A DNA stretch of 64,000 nucleotides from Octopus vulgaris (GCA_951406725.2 OX597828.1:38626001-38690000); one strand, 5' to 3'. Positions 1 to 13,264 are shown, counted from the stretch's first letter. The notes: generated from the letters alone by a model not told the origin. Numbers and translations are program-made.

Positions 1-75
1 AGTACTGAGGTCAATGCAATCGACTTACCCACTCCCCCGAAACTGCAGGCCTTGTGCAAACATTCGAAATCATTA

Positions 76-705
76 TTAACCTTTTAGTATGAATAGGCGC
101 AGACCTGGCTGTGTGGTAAGTAGCTTGCTTACTGACCACATAGTTCTAGATTCAGTCTCACTGTGTGGCATCCTGGGCAAGTGTCTTTCACTATAGCCTC
201 AGGCCAACCAAAGCATCGATTTGGTAGACAGAAACTGAAAGAAGCTTGTCATGTGTGTATACATATATATATATATGTATGTATGTATGTATGTTTTTCC
301 CCACCACCATCACTTGACAATCGATGTTGGTGGGTTTACGTCCCCATAACTTAGTGGTTCGGCATAAGAGACGATAGAATAAGTACTAGGCTTACAAAGA
401 ATAAGTCCTGGAGTCAATCTGTTCGACTAAAGGTGGTGTTCCAACTAGGCCGCAGTCAAATGACTGAAGCAAATAAAAGAATAAAAGAAATACTACCCAC
501 ATCTGGGGCCTAAATATTCTCCCTCTTTTTTGCTCAAACCAACCAGATCCAGCCTGTCACACCTACCCCACAATGTCATTCAAAAAATAAACAATTGCAT
601 CTTCAAAATCTTGAAGTTAAAAGATACTGCGACATGATTAATTTTTATAATTGTAGATAAATGATTATTACAATGGATAAATTAATCAGAATGCTAAAGG
701 GCTAA
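76..705. mobile_element. TTAA-ended MITE (piggyBac-type) interrupted by a SINE
   Basis: TTAACCTTTTAGTAT...AATGCTAAAGGGCTAA termini; same family as 13265-13487 and 19043-19253. Confidence 0.6.
96..490 (+). mobile_element. tRNA-derived SINE, family A
   Basis: Head GGCGCAG..TGGCTGTGTGGTAAG..GTTC-like B box, internal (TA/TG)n, tail TAAAAGA repeats; many near-identical copies in the window. Confidence 0.9.
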
Positions 706-1454
706 TTATGGACCTCGTTAACACTCCATACTCATAGTGCACAATGGGTGAAGGTCTGTACTTAAGAGATTCAAATTCCTTGTATGTTACTCCCACATTT
801 CTACATATCTTGTTCGCAACTTCAACGTGATGTTTGTTTGTTTGGGGGGGGGTGCACATGTGTATGTGTATGCACGTGCACGTGCGTCTGACAAGAGGAA
901 CGACAGTTGAGATGAATGACATTTGGGAAAGAGGAGACAGAGAGAATAAGTTGAGATGGTTGACACTTCCAATGACATCTTCATATTCCAACATAAAGAG
1001 AAAACAAAAAAAAGAAGAAAAACAATAAACAAACAAACAAACCAAACATCTTTCAACCAATGAAAGAAGCTTAACTGCAATGGAAACAAAATATCTACAA
1101 TTACAGTTAAGAATGTGTCAAAGGCAAATCCAACGATGCAGTCTCTGATGATACAATAGTCCTTAATGGCAACAGCACTAGTCTCAACACAGCATATACT
1201 TTATCAAACAATACTTATGATTGCCTACATATTTAACATTTATTTTACATTCACCACAGTAAGCTACTGACAACAGATATTTGACCAAAAGGACATATAG
1301 ATTCAAAGAATGCCCACCTTCTTAACCAAAATGTATTTAGTTTATAAAATTTATTAGGTTACTGTTTAAATACCAATAAGACACTGCGAGTTTTTTAAGG
1401 ATTTTAAATTTGAGCCTTAGTTCGTCGATTATTTCATACAATCATACCAAGGTC

Positions 1455-1855
1455 ATCATCATCATCGTTTAACGTCCGCTTTCCATGCTAGCAAGGGTTG
1501 GACAATTTGACTGAGGTCTGGCAAACCAGATGGCTGCACCAGGCTCCAATCTGATCTGCCCTTCCTAACGCCAACCACTCCGAGAGTTTAGTGGGTGCTT
1601 TTACGTGCCACCGGCACGAGGGCCGGTCAGGCATAACTGGCAATGGCTATGCTCAAATGGTGCTTTTTATGTGCCACCTGCACTGGCAATGACCTCGCTT
1701 GAATGTTTTTTCACATGCCACTAGCATAAGTGCCAGTAAGGCGACGCAGGTAACAATCATGCTCGAATGCTGCTTTTTACGTGCCACCGGCATGGAAGCC
1801 AGTTTGTTGCTCTGGCAACGATCATGCTCGGTTGGTGCCCTTAGCACTCCACTAT
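1455..1855 (-). mobile_element. Family C retro-repeat with (GAT)n tail and internal ~60-bp tandem units
   Basis: Matches copies at 10660-11085, 55480-55935 and 61585-61950 (GGAAGGGCATCCAGCTGTAGAAAC...ATGGAAAGCGGACGTTAAACGATGATG). Confidence 0.8.
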
Positions 1856-2839
1856 CAATCATTAACCTTTTCGTTATCATATTTATTTTGAGATGCCCTG
1901 TGATTCTTTCAATTAATTTTCAGTATAACAAAGAATTTAGTAAAATAACTTAGTTATCATTAAGCTGGTGTTAGGAACATAAATTGTGACTAAGGTTTGG
2001 TGGAAGATTTTATTTCAAGACTTATGAAAATAAAACATCAGTAATCAAGAGTCAGAGCTGGTTTCAGCCAGGTTGGTGTTTATCATTAAGATTAGACAGA
2101 TAGATATCATCATCATCATCATTTAACATTCACATTCCATGCTAACATGGGTTGAACAGTATATATAAAACAGGCAGAGTTGTGTGACTAAAAAATATGT
2201 TTTGCAACCACAAAGTTTGGAGTTCAATCTCACTGTTTGGCACCTTGGGAAAGTGTTTCTTACTCTAATTAACCAAGGCCATGTGAATGAAATTTGCACT
2301 GAAGTCTGTCATACACACATATCCACAGATGAGTGTGAGAGTGCATGTATGCATGAGCATGCATCTGCACATTTTCACAAGAATATTATTTTTCGGAGCA
2401 GCTATATCTGATTATGTCCTGCAGCTCAGCAACGTCAAGTGTGAGGACCAGCACAATAAACCAACACACTTGTAAAGAAGGGTTGCTATCAGGAAATACC
2501 TCTGGCCAAACAGCACTGCCTCCAGATGGCTTGTCTTATACACATCAAAAAAGGGAAAAGGGGATATAAAAGCAACAATGGCAATAATGGATTTACTAAT
2601 GCAAGAAAGTCCCAGACTTTGAGTCACTCTATTACTTCTGCTAAATATTAATAAAAAATATATACATACACTCCTTTTTTGAGTTCTATTTTTCCTGTTT
2701 GCACAAACATACCTACATGTGTGTGTATATATATATATATAGAGTAGAAAGCATCTGCCCGGAATTGAAACCACATTCACAAAATTATGAGTGCAACGCC
2801 TTAATCCACATTCCACTAATGTGTACATATGTATGTGTG

Positions 2840-2876
<37 letters not shown>

Positions 2877-3897
2877 AGGAAAAGGGCTTCATCATCATTT
2901 ACTGTCCATTGTCCAGCAGGGTTGCATCATTCAAAAGCTAAAAACAATGCAAGGAAGTGCATTGTGACCAGCAGTAAATAACAACAACCAATAGTCTGGT
3001 TGCCACACAGGTGCTTTTGTGGCACTGCATGGGTGCTTTTACATGTCATGCTTTACACAACCAGAAGGATTGGTCTTAACACTTCTGTTGGGGTCGATTA
3101 AATAAGTACCAGTGAAACACTGGAGTCGATGCAATTGACTAGTCCCCCCCCTCCCCACTAAATTTCAGGCCTTGTGCCTATAGTAGAAAGGATTATTAAT
3201 CACGACAATTGTTTCGGCACATCTAGCATCGACCCCTCATGGGTGGGACACTTAACAGCTGGTTCAGGACCATCTGATGGTGCAGATGTGTCTCATCGGG
3301 TGATAAATAGATACAACTCGCTAAAATAACAGTTCCACAATGTACCTTCTCATTTTGTAGAAAGAAAAACAGCAAAACGAAGGAAATATCTTCATTTCTA
3401 TAGAATATCAAAAATAAAATCACTGATGCAAAAAAGAGCTTTCGGTGTTGTAGCAATCTTAGTAATACCAATACAATGTTCAACAAAATTACTAACAATA
3501 AAGTGGAAAGCATCTGACGTTTTATAAGCAGCTCGTGTAGTACAATTACCCCTACCACATACAAATAAATAAAAATCAATAGACAGACAAAATCATTGCT
3601 AAACACAGGAGAGTAGAATCATTACTATAGAGAAAAGAAAATACACATAAAAGAAAATTTATTCTTGGAGATGAGAAAACAAACAACACTGTAGAATGTG
3701 AAGTCTAACCTATTAACAATTTGTGGTGGAATCGCTCCTTGATTATCAGCAAATGTCAGGAGGCAGGGAAATGTCACCAAATATGTTTAAAGATGACATG
3801 CTTGAATTACAATACTGAATAGCAAAGGAGAGGTGGTCTGAAATGAGATGGGGTTGTAGAAGAAGCAGAAATTTGAAAAGTGTTACAGGAGACTTAC

Positions 3898-3984
3898 TGT
3901 TCATAGCTACGTCGATTGAGAAGGTTATGGTGGTTTTCTTTCCAACAGTGTACATGCATTGGTATAGCCCAGCATCCTTGCGCC
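3898..3984 (-). CDS. Exon 4: C-terminal part of Ig domain 2 (RRKDAGLYQCMYTVGKKTTITFSIDVAMN)
   Basis: Acceptor tctgtcttcag|GG at 3984, donor AAC A|gtaagt at 3898; 87 nt; DAGLYQC motif completes the domain begun in exon 3. Confidence 0.9.
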
Positions 3985-5419
3985 CTGAAGACAGAAAAAG
4001 ACACAACAAAGACTAAGAATTGTTCAAAGGATCTCTACACTATAATTTGAAAATTCCTAAATCTAATTTGAAAGAAAGAGAGAGAGCAAAGGGAAAGAAA
4101 GGTTAACATTTTGATTAACACTTTAATTACTAGCTTCTCTGAGTCTGCCTCAGATCTTACAATACCAAAATGCATAGGTATTCTTTAGATTTTAATTAAA
4201 ATCTTCTGACAAAATTTTAAGACCTTTTGGTAGGTACTGTTCACAAACACCTGTTTATTGATCAGTTATTTTACTAAAACACATCAAATTCTTGATCATT
4301 CCTGAAACAGTGTGTTTCAATATGGTCATGAAAATTATAAAAATGAATCTTTCAAAGAAGAAATATTCTAATTCTAAATGAAAATATTTCATTTGTTTTT
4401 ACCTTATTTTGTTAATACATAATTTCAGCCCCTGTGACTATCAGGAATATGTGTCCCCAGTAGCCATGGCTTTGGACCCAGAGAGCTGAAATTTTGTACA
4501 AAAGCACTTTTTCTTCTTCTTATCCAAAATATAGTGAATTTATGGGATTGTACACATTTTGTATTTATTTTAATAAATCAGTACTTTTATTTTAGATATA
4601 ATCAACCATGTATCACCACCAACACATAAAAAATGAGAAATTTCCAACATTGTATCTATTATTTCTCACTTCGTAAAATCTATTCCTTCTCTCTTACTAG
4701 ATTATTGTCAGATTAATCAATTAAATTAATAATCTACAGAGGAGGTACACAGCAAGAGGTGCAACCTCCCCACCACCACCACTCTATCTTTGTTTGTCAT
4801 CAACAATCTGAATTTCTCATCCTCATCCCAACAAATTCCTTGATGTTACTCAACCATTCCATCAGTAGCCATACTATGCTTATATTACCAAGATTCCGTT
4901 CACACATGACAATATTCACTAGAGGTAGCATGACATGGTTGTTACACGAACAAACTGCTTGATTTTCTACATTTAAAAACAGTGACAGAAGAATTTTCTG
5001 ATTTGCAGATTTCTTAATGATGCAGATTTCTTAATGATAAGATGATTACATAATCATCTCTCCTTTTTTTCCCATCATTCTATCATGGTACATGAACCAG
5101 ATGGTTCTACAGAACATGGTTCCAATTTTGCATCATATATGAATCATAACTTTCCAAAGATTCAAAGTCCTTATTTTATTCCTCTCTCACCCAGATTAAC
5201 CTCCATTAATAACATCTGGATGGGCCATCTACAATTTTTCTCCACTGTTCTCAACTTTGGCTTGTCTTTTCTGCTTCCCAGTTGGACCCCTGATTTTTCT
5301 TTTTGGATTTTGTGGCACTGTGTCATGATTCCCAGAAAGAAGGACTTACTTTTTCAGGTCTTGTTGGTTTTGAAGAATCATCAAGGCTTCAGTAACTTTG
5401 TTTATTTTCTAAGTTGAGA

Positions 5420-5600
5420 TGTTGACCCTTATGCAAACCCCTTTTTACCTCTGGGGAGAGGTGGTCATATTAATCTGACCTCTGACCTTTTCAGTATAAG
5501 AGGCCCTACCAGGATCTTGCACAACACTAGTACAGCTCTCAGGGTCACTGAGGCACACAAATAACCATATTGTAGCAAGAACTGGACTTCATAGCAGCTC
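5420..5600 (-). mobile_element. Degraded RTE-clade LINE 5' region
   Basis: Minus strand TGTGCCTCAGTGACCCTGAGAGCT...TCCTGGTAGGGCC...GGTCAGAGG resembles RTE/Expander-type 5' UTRs; recognised by eye only. Confidence 0.35.
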
Positions 5601-5696
5601 TATATAGGACTTAACACATATTACTTCAGTAAATTCAGACATAATAATTGAAGAAAAAAAATGAAAAAATAAGAAAAACTAAAAAAGTGTATTTAC

Positions 5697-5879
5697 TGGC
5701 TTTTGGGATTTCCAATGTATAGTTTTCATGCTCAATATAGCGACCATTCAGCTCGCTGAGTTCTGATAATCGCTTGTGATCCTTGGTCCAGTTAAAAGAA
5801 ACCAGATAATGCAAATTTTCAGCCTCACACCGGATAGTTGTTGGTTTTCCAGACACAACAGTTCCGTTGTATGTTTTGA
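5697..5879 (-). CDS. Exon 3: N-terminal part of Ig domain 2 (VKTYNGTVVSGKPTTIRC...FNWTKD...YTLEIPKA)
   Basis: Acceptor ttgcag|TC at 5879, donor GCC A|gtaaat at 5697; 183 nt; Ig B-strand Cys, C-strand WxKD, E-strand TLxI; sequons NGT, NWT, NYT. Confidence 0.9.
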
Positions 5880-6029
5880 CTGCAACAAGACATAACAATA
5901 AAATTTTAGCAGACAATCATACAACAAAGTTTTTTTTTAAAGTTTTTTTTAAAGAATCAAATAAATACCAACAGTTGTAAAAAGAGATGGATTTCAATTT
6001 TGAAACTAGAGATTATTATTCTTCTATTC

Positions 6030-6345
6030 TTTGATTTGTTAGTCAAACAAATTGACCCCAGAACTCACTATACGCCTAGTGCTTATTCTATCGGTTTCCT
6101 TTGCCGAACCACTAAGTTATAGGAACGTAAAAACACCAACATTAGTTGTTAAGTGAAGAAGGGGAGAACAAATACACACACACATATATATACGACAGGC
6201 TTCTTTCAGTTTCCATCTACCAAGTCCACTCACAAGGCTTTGATTAGCCCATGGCTATAGTAGACGGTGTCACATAGTGGGACCGAACCCAGAACCATGT
6301 GGCTGGGAAGCAAGCCTCTTACCTCAGAGCCATGCCAGCACCTAT
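6030..6345 (-). mobile_element. tRNA-derived SINE, family A (intron 2)
   Basis: Reverse complement of the family A body and head. Confidence 0.85.
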
Positions 6346-7192
6346 AACTGGAATATTTTTTTTTAAATGGATTAGTCAGTAGTTAGGCACGAGACCTAAA
6401 GGTTAGGATAAAGGGCACAAAATCACAAGCTCACAGGTTCAATTCCTGAGTATTCATTTCAGATGCTGGAGCAGCTTCCTCTCTATAGGGTCTAGACAAC
6501 AGCAGTATGGACATATGTATCAATCACTATAGCACCATGATGACCATTTGCAGTGTCAGAGGTCAGATTAATAGATGTATAACATTTCTGGACACTGTAA
6601 CGCACATCATCATTATCAGTGTTATCAACTTTACATTCAGTTTTCTATGCTGTCATTGGTTGAATGAGGCTTTGCCAAGGCAGTGATTTATGGCTGGCTG
6701 AGTGCCCTTTTTGTTACCAAGTTAGGTGTTTATACTTAGGTCTTTTATATGATAACCAGCATAAACATTGACAACAAGGCTTTGATTGGACAACAGCAGA
6801 AGACATTTGCCCTTAGTGCTGTGCAGTGGAACTGAACCTGAGCTCAAATGGTTAGGAAGTAAGCTTCTTAATCACAAAGCCACATCTAAGCCATCTACCA
6901 ATTTTTCTCACGTGGCATCAGTCAGTCCAATACAGTACCATACAGCAAGCCATGTGTCTGCAGAGCAAACTTCTTACTCACGCCAGCAATTATAATACAT
7001 AATACTATTAGAAAATAAGATGTGTGTTTTAAAAGGCCACAATCTCTAGCTTTTCCAGGATATAACTGTGTCAGTTTCAAAACACACAATCACAGATCAA
7101 GTTACTTGTACAAGTACAACACCGAAATAAGAATTTCTTTTAATTATTGATGCACAAAAACATTCAAAGTTTGGATTTTATACAAGACTTAC

Positions 7193-7471
7193 CACCAAAT
7201 ACAAAGACTTCCACTGATTTTGAGGAGTCGCTCAAGTCAATGCACTTATATTCGCCAGAATCATCAATACTCAGCTTCTCCTTTTCCAGAATTATTTTCT
7301 GAACACCATTTTCTTCCTCTTTCCTCTGATTAAAACCAGAACTAGCTTTAATAGCTGTAGCGTTTAAATACCATGTAATATTCCTTTTAAAGTTCGTATT
7401 AATACATGTCAAGTTGAGTTTTGTGCCTTCTAAGTACATAACAGTACTATTTGGAGCTTGGATGTAAAAAT
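7193..7471 (-). CDS. Exon 2: Ig domain 1 (DFYIQAPNSTVMYLEGTKLNLTC...W...DDSGEYKC...VEVFVFG)
   Basis: Acceptor ctttttcag|AT at 7471, donor GGT G|gtaagt at 7193; 279 nt; Ig Cys/Trp/DxGxYxC motifs; sequons NST, NLT, NIT, NAT. Overlaps ORF 7164..7439. Confidence 0.92.
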
Positions 7472-7953
7472 CTGAAAAAGAAAAACAAAAAAAAAAAAGA
7501 TTTTACTTCATAAAAAATTCATTTCATTTTTTCTTTGTTACCATACAATCCATCTTTGTCAGAGTATGATCAATTAACAGTATATATTACAGGTATTTAT
7601 TTTATGACAGACAAATCCAATGACGGTGGGTTTCAAATTTGTAAAACACACCTCAAATGAAACAAATTAAATCCTTCTCAGATTTTTTCCTCTGTATTAT
7701 ATATTGTCCCCACCAGATATATCAAAATAACTTATTAAGTTCAAAGAGAAGACTAAAGTGTTATAAAATAAGAAGACAATAGGCACAGACATGGCTGTGT
7801 ATAGGATATGTGTGGTAAGAAGTTTGCTTCCTAACTACAAGGCTCCAGGTTCAAGCCCACTGCATGGTGCCTTGAGCAAGTGTCTTCTATAACCACAGGC
7901 CAACAATGTCCCATGTGAGTGGATTTGGCAGACAGAAACTGAAAGAAGTGAGT

Positions 7954-7995
<42 letters not shown>

Positions 7996-7996
<1 letters not shown>

Positions 7997-8971
7997 TGGG
8001 TCAGCCCATAAATAATGTGTTTTATTTCAATTGTATGAACTAAAAGTCAGAGGGGTATGGGCTAAACTATTTGCATCAACTTGTGATAAAAGCAGGTAGT
8101 AATTTTACCTTGTGCTTATTCGTAGTGCAAGTTTTGAAGAGTGCAGTTCAATCTTAAGAGTAACTTTCTCAAAGTTATAATGGAAGTGACAAAGGAGCAT
8201 ATTTGGCACATTTAGCTTTATGAGTTTACTAAAAGCAACAATGCAACAGAAAGCATGAGGAACATTAATGCAGTAAATGGGGATCGGATAATAAGCTTGA
8301 AAGAGAAATTCTAAACCGGAGACTACAGCCTAGAAGAAGATCCTCACCCTGGAAGATCTGTGGAGCACCATGAGGACGCCCTGCAAAGCCTGGTGGATTA
8401 AAATCCTATCGTAACCGTTGAGGAACTAGCAGAGAAGATTGGATTTGGTCACTGGGGAAAGTCAGACAATTGGATCAATGGATTCCTCACAAAATTTCCA
8501 AGTCTAATCACATGCAGAGAGTAAATGTGCACTCTTCTTTGCTGTCCCATCTTACGAATGAACCTTTTTTTGGACCAAAGACAGTGGGTAGGGAAAGAAG
8601 AAACACCAGCACCCAAGGTGAAAGGTCTTCACTCACATAAGGTGTTGTTACCTGTTTGGTGGGATATGAAAAGTTTTGTCCACTTTGAACTTTTAAACCT
8701 AAACCAAATGGTAACAAAAGAGATCTACTGGAAACAGCTTGAGCAGCTTAAGTCAGCGCTAGAAGATAAACAACTATCCTTTTATTCTTTTATTTGTTTC
8801 AGCCATGCTGGAGCACCACCTTTAGTCAAACTAATCGACCCCAGAACTTATTCTTCATAAGCCTAGTACTTATTCTATCAGTCTCCTTTGACAAACCGCT
8901 AAGTTGCGGGGATGTAAACACACCAACATCGGTTGTCAAGCGATGGTGGGGGGACAAACACTGACACACAA

Positions 8972-9002
<31 letters not shown>

Positions 9003-9583
9003 CATATACGACTGGCTTTTTTCAGTTTCTGTCTACCAAATCCACTCACAAGGCTTTGGTCAGCCTGAGGCTATAGCAGAAGACACTTGCCCAAGGTGCT
9101 ACACAGTGGGACTGAACCCAGAACTATGTGGTTGGTAAGCAAGCTACTTACTACACAGCCACGTCTGCACCTATCTTTGGTTTCAAGACAAAAGGTGTTC
9201 TTCCATCAGGATAATGCTCAGTCACATACAGTGAGGATGACATTCCATAGGCTGGAGCAGTTTGAATGAGAAACGATGCCCCACCCGCCATATTCACCAG
9301 ACATTGCCCCATCTGATTATCATTTATTCCACGGTCTTCAAAATCATTTGGATGGAAAAAATATGAGCTCTGTAGATGAGGTCAGAACAGTACTGGAGGA
9401 GTATTTTTTGTCGAGGACAAGTGAATTTTGGAAGAGGTGCCTTGCAAGTCTACCAGATAGATGGAAGAACATTGTAGAAAATGAAGGAGAGTATATTTTA
9501 GATTAAAAAAAAAAATTTTGTTTATCTGATATTTGAAAAATAAAAGAAGTATAAAAATCTGCATTATTTACGGGATGACCCAA
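7996..9583 (+). mobile_element. Decayed mariner (DD34D) DNA transposon with both TIRs
   Basis: TIRs TTGGGTCAGCCCATAAATAATG / CATTATTTACGGGATGACCCAA flanked by TA; transposase remnants MEVTKEHIWHI, WIPH, HQDNA-(34 aa)-YSPDIAPSDYHLF; in-frame stops, frameshifts and an internal SINE. Confidence 0.93.
8780..9172 (-). mobile_element. Family A SINE inserted in the mariner transposase
   Basis: Complete reverse-orientation copy flanked by a short CTATC duplication; transposase resumes as LVSRQKVFFHQDNA. Confidence 0.9.
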
Positions 9584-10659
9584 TATGTGCGTTTGTATGT
9601 GTGTGTGTAAAACTGTCTTTATATTGTCTCCTCCCCCCACCGCCACTATCTGTCAACTGGTGCTGGCATTTGTACGGCCCTGTAACTTAGTGGCTCAGCA
9701 AAGGAGACCGACAGAACAATTACCAAGCTTATAAGTACTGGGGTCGATTTTTTTTAAGGCAGCCACAAAACTTCTTCATGGCCACCATCTAATGACTGAA
9801 ACAAATAAAAGATAAACAATAAAAATGATGTGGAAGAGAGAATCATCAGTTTCATATCAGTTTTCTTTTATTTTATTTTTCCATCATGGTTTACATCAAA
9901 CAGGCTTGCAAATTCAGTCAGATTTCAACTACAAAATCCACCATCTTCAAATCAAGCCTGATTGTTTTATATTTAATGTAATTTGCATGCCACTGCTGTT
10001 TCGTGGCACTTAATATTCTATTTATATCACATACAAATAGTCATCTTTTCTATCTATATCAGCCTGTACCTTTACTACCTGCACACTTTCTCGTTTCACC
10101 AGCTCTCTTACATCACAGCTCCATATTATCTAAGAGATGAACTCTCTTTCACTAGTCATTTCAGTTACTCTGCACTTGCTGTTACACAGTAAAGACATCA
10201 CAACATCTGTTTTCCAAACACACAGAGAACAACAAAACACATCCTCATTGCCAACAGAAGGAAGAATTCTCTCAAACAACTTTCAAGCCAAGCCATGATG
10301 TTATCACTACCTCACTGTCCTATCTCCACCTTGGTAGTACAATGAGGGAGCCTCTATGCCACTGCTTACCCTAATAGAAATAGGATCACGTAATCCTACA
10401 AACACTATTTGAAAAACAAACATCCCAGAATCTGAGTGGGAAGGGAATCCTAGAGAAATGTAATTGGAGGTGAAGTTTGGGCAAAGTATTTTCTAAGATA
10501 CGCCAAGGTCGGTGGAAAGATGACAAGCAAGTAACTCACTGAGGAAGTTTAAAATTTCATATTAGAGAATGAAAGAAAGGATACAATTTCAATATCTACT
10601 ATCTCAGGCGGCAAGCTGGCAGAATCATTAGCACTTCAGGTGAAATGCTTAGTACTGCC

Positions 10660-11085
10660 TGATTGGCACTAGTACCAGTGGAACATTAAAAGCACATCCG
10701 AGCCTGATCATTGCCAGGGCCACGGATTGGCTCCCATGCCGGTGACACATGAAAAGCACCATTCGAGCATGATCATTGCCAGCGTCGCCTTACTGGCATA
10801 TGTGTCAGTGGTATGTGAAAAACAACATTCGAGCATGGTCATAGCCAGTGCCGCCAGACTGGCTCCCATGCAGGTAGCATGTAAAAACACCTTTTGAACA
10901 TGGTCGTTGCCAGAACTGCCTGACTGGCCCTCGTACCGGTGGCATGTAAAAGCACCCACTACACTCTCGGAGTGATTGGCATAGGGAAGGGCATCCAGTG
11001 GTAGAAACTTTGCCAGATCAGACTGAGCCTGGTGCAGCCTCTGGCTCACCAGTCCTCAGTCAAACCGTCCAACACATGCCAGTTT
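10660..11085 (+). mobile_element. Family C retro-repeat with tandem ~60-bp units
   Basis: Repeated ...GGCTCCCATGCCGGTGGCACATGAAAAGCACCATTCGAGCATG... units followed by the family C 3' end. Confidence 0.8.
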
Positions 11086-11688
11086 AATTTAATAATGGCA
11101 AAGTTATTGTAGTAAATGTTTTGTTATTTTCAAAATAGCAGAAGACACTTGCCTAAAGTACCACTCAGTAGTACTGAACCCAGCACCTTGAGCTTTGTGC
11201 TTGGCTGGTTAGCTCAGAGTGTTGTGCTAATATATATCTCTCTATACACACCCACACGAATATACAAAGAGAGTTGCCATTCTGAGGGAAATTTAGCTCT
11301 TTATAATCACTTTTAGCTTTGTCAAAATTATTTAAAAACTACTAAAATATATTTGATAATTACCCAAGACTACATTTTCTATAATTTACATAAAGATTAT
11401 TTTTGTATTATGCATATATACTGCTTATTCAAAGTTGTAAATTATCCCCAAAAGAAAAAAAAAACACAAAGACTGAAATAAAACGAGATTGTTTCATTTC
11501 GTCATAATTTTATATACCAATAATGAGTATTATTACTATTTATAATACTTACACTTAAAAGAAAAATATGGTTTTATATTCGTGTTAGTGTTTGTTATGT
11601 TCAGTTATGATAAAAATAATTTTACATTAGTACATTTATATATTTGTTGTGCAAGATTTTTTATGTGAAGTCGTATGTTGAAACAGAT

Positions 11689-11917
11689 ATTGTTATATTT
11701 CGGAATGGTCATTTTGCCAGTTTAGCCAATAAAAGAAAGAAGAAAACAAAGTAACACTGATGCGGTCACAGGAGTGTGACGAAAAAACTCTGGCCGAAAT
11801 AAGATTAAGATTAATGTAAAAAATAAATAACACTGAAGCAAAATAACACCAAATATATAGTGTGTGTGTGTTTTTATTGGCTAAACTGGCAAAATGACCA
11901 TTCCGAAATATAACAAT
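11689..11917. repeat. Inverted repeat, about 45-bp near-perfect arms (Penelope-like terminus)
   Basis: ATTGTTATATTTCGGAATGGTCATTTTGCCAGTTTAGCCAATAAAA and its reverse complement at about 11872-11917. Confidence 0.8.
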
Positions 11918-12419
11918 TTTACATTAATCTCATGGGTTACACTATACTTTTGTAGATTGACAGTGACCCAAAAATTTCGGCCAGCTAAGCCATCATTGAA
12001 CTGCAATGCATTGTGGGTTTGAGTGGAGTGGTAATTAGGTTTTAAGGTGAGTTGTTACAGAGAGGTTTTTGAAGAAATTTTATAAATTAAATTTAGGGTT
12101 ATGTTATTGTTTAAAATTTATTCATGTATGTAGAACCTTATAAGCAGGTGTGAATAGTTAGGAGTGTCCTTTTTGGTAGGTAGGTGCAGAAAACGTTAGT
12201 AGGTTTAGTTATTTAATCATTTACTCTGACATTATAAAGGTCAAAATTACTAAACTGAGTCCAGTATTTAAAACTTAGTAATCAGGTGTTGACCTTTTGT
12301 AATGGAAATTTGTAATGGTTCACAAAAGAATGCAAGCAGGTGGTAGGTTTTAGCTGATCAGTGTCTTCATTTGTTGTTGTTGTTATTTAGGGTATTTCCT
12401 GTTTTTATTTGGAAGGTGG

Positions 12420-12770
12420 AGATTATTATTCAGGCAGGTCATAGTGTGATGAATGACCATGGGATTGCACCTAGAAAGTTACCCCACAAGGCACAAGTCT
12501 GGGCAACGTTGTTTATGGAAGACCAGCAGTCGCCCATGCATGCCGGCCTCCCCTCTCCACATCACCAGTGTTATCCAAGGGAAAGGCAAAGGCCAATACA
12601 ACCTGGCACCAGTGATGTTGCAGTGCATTCCTACAGCTGAGTGAACTGGAGCAACGTAAAATAAAGTGTCTTGCTCAAGAATACAACACACAGCCCAGTC
12701 CAGGAATCAAACTCACTACCTCATGATTGTGAGTCTGATGCCCTAACCAGTGAGCCATCTCCCTTCATTT
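12420..12770 (-). mobile_element. tRNA-derived SINE (CORE-like GTTCTTGAGCAAGACACTT region)
   Basis: tRNA-like head on the minus strand at about 12700-12765; shares its 5' part with copies at 51455-52280. Confidence 0.65.
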
Positions 12771-13264
12771 CTACTCAGCAGCACATAGAAAATCCTGTAT
12801 GCTAAACACAAGGCTTTCAAGCCAGTGACGAAAATCACTTGACTTGCTAGGAATAACAGCCAAATTGCTCTTAAATTATACCCTATTGCCATAAAAGAGG
12901 AGTAACATATTAGATATCATCATCGCCTGAATTCCAACATCTTTAACTCTCTTCATACCAGCACTCCTGAAATCTTCCCTCATTCTATGATACAAACTTC
13001 CAGTTTTAAAGCAATCTAAGTTAAAATCTTCCACCAAAATTTCATGTTAATTTATATCCCAAACATCAGTTTATTAACAACAGTTATTTTTGTAAATCTT
13101 TCATTATTTTAAAGATTAACAGAAAAAATGATATATTTCAACAGAAATACAGTAACGAAAGGATTAATCATTGGTTTGTCAGTCAGAGCTGACCCTGAGC
13201 TAAAACAGTCACCACCACCACCACCATCTGGTTTGGGATTCTTGTAGTGCACTCAATCCATGTT

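Larger units (their letters stand above)
7781..9815 (+). mobile_element. Family A SINE split by a mariner insertion (halves 7781-7995 and 9584-9815)
   Basis: Head and 5' body precede the (GT)n tract; the 3' body and tail resume right after the mariner right TIR. Confidence 0.8.

Noticed and set aside
686-2828. Next exon of the Ig gene (ORFs 686..1060, 2412..2828)
   Set aside because: No Ig or transmembrane-exon motifs with compatible phase-1 splice sites.
5880-5916. Signal peptide MSAKILLLCLVA at the start of ORF 5635..5916
   Set aside because: Non-ATG start, and it is the intron's pyrimidine tract upstream of the acceptor at 5879.
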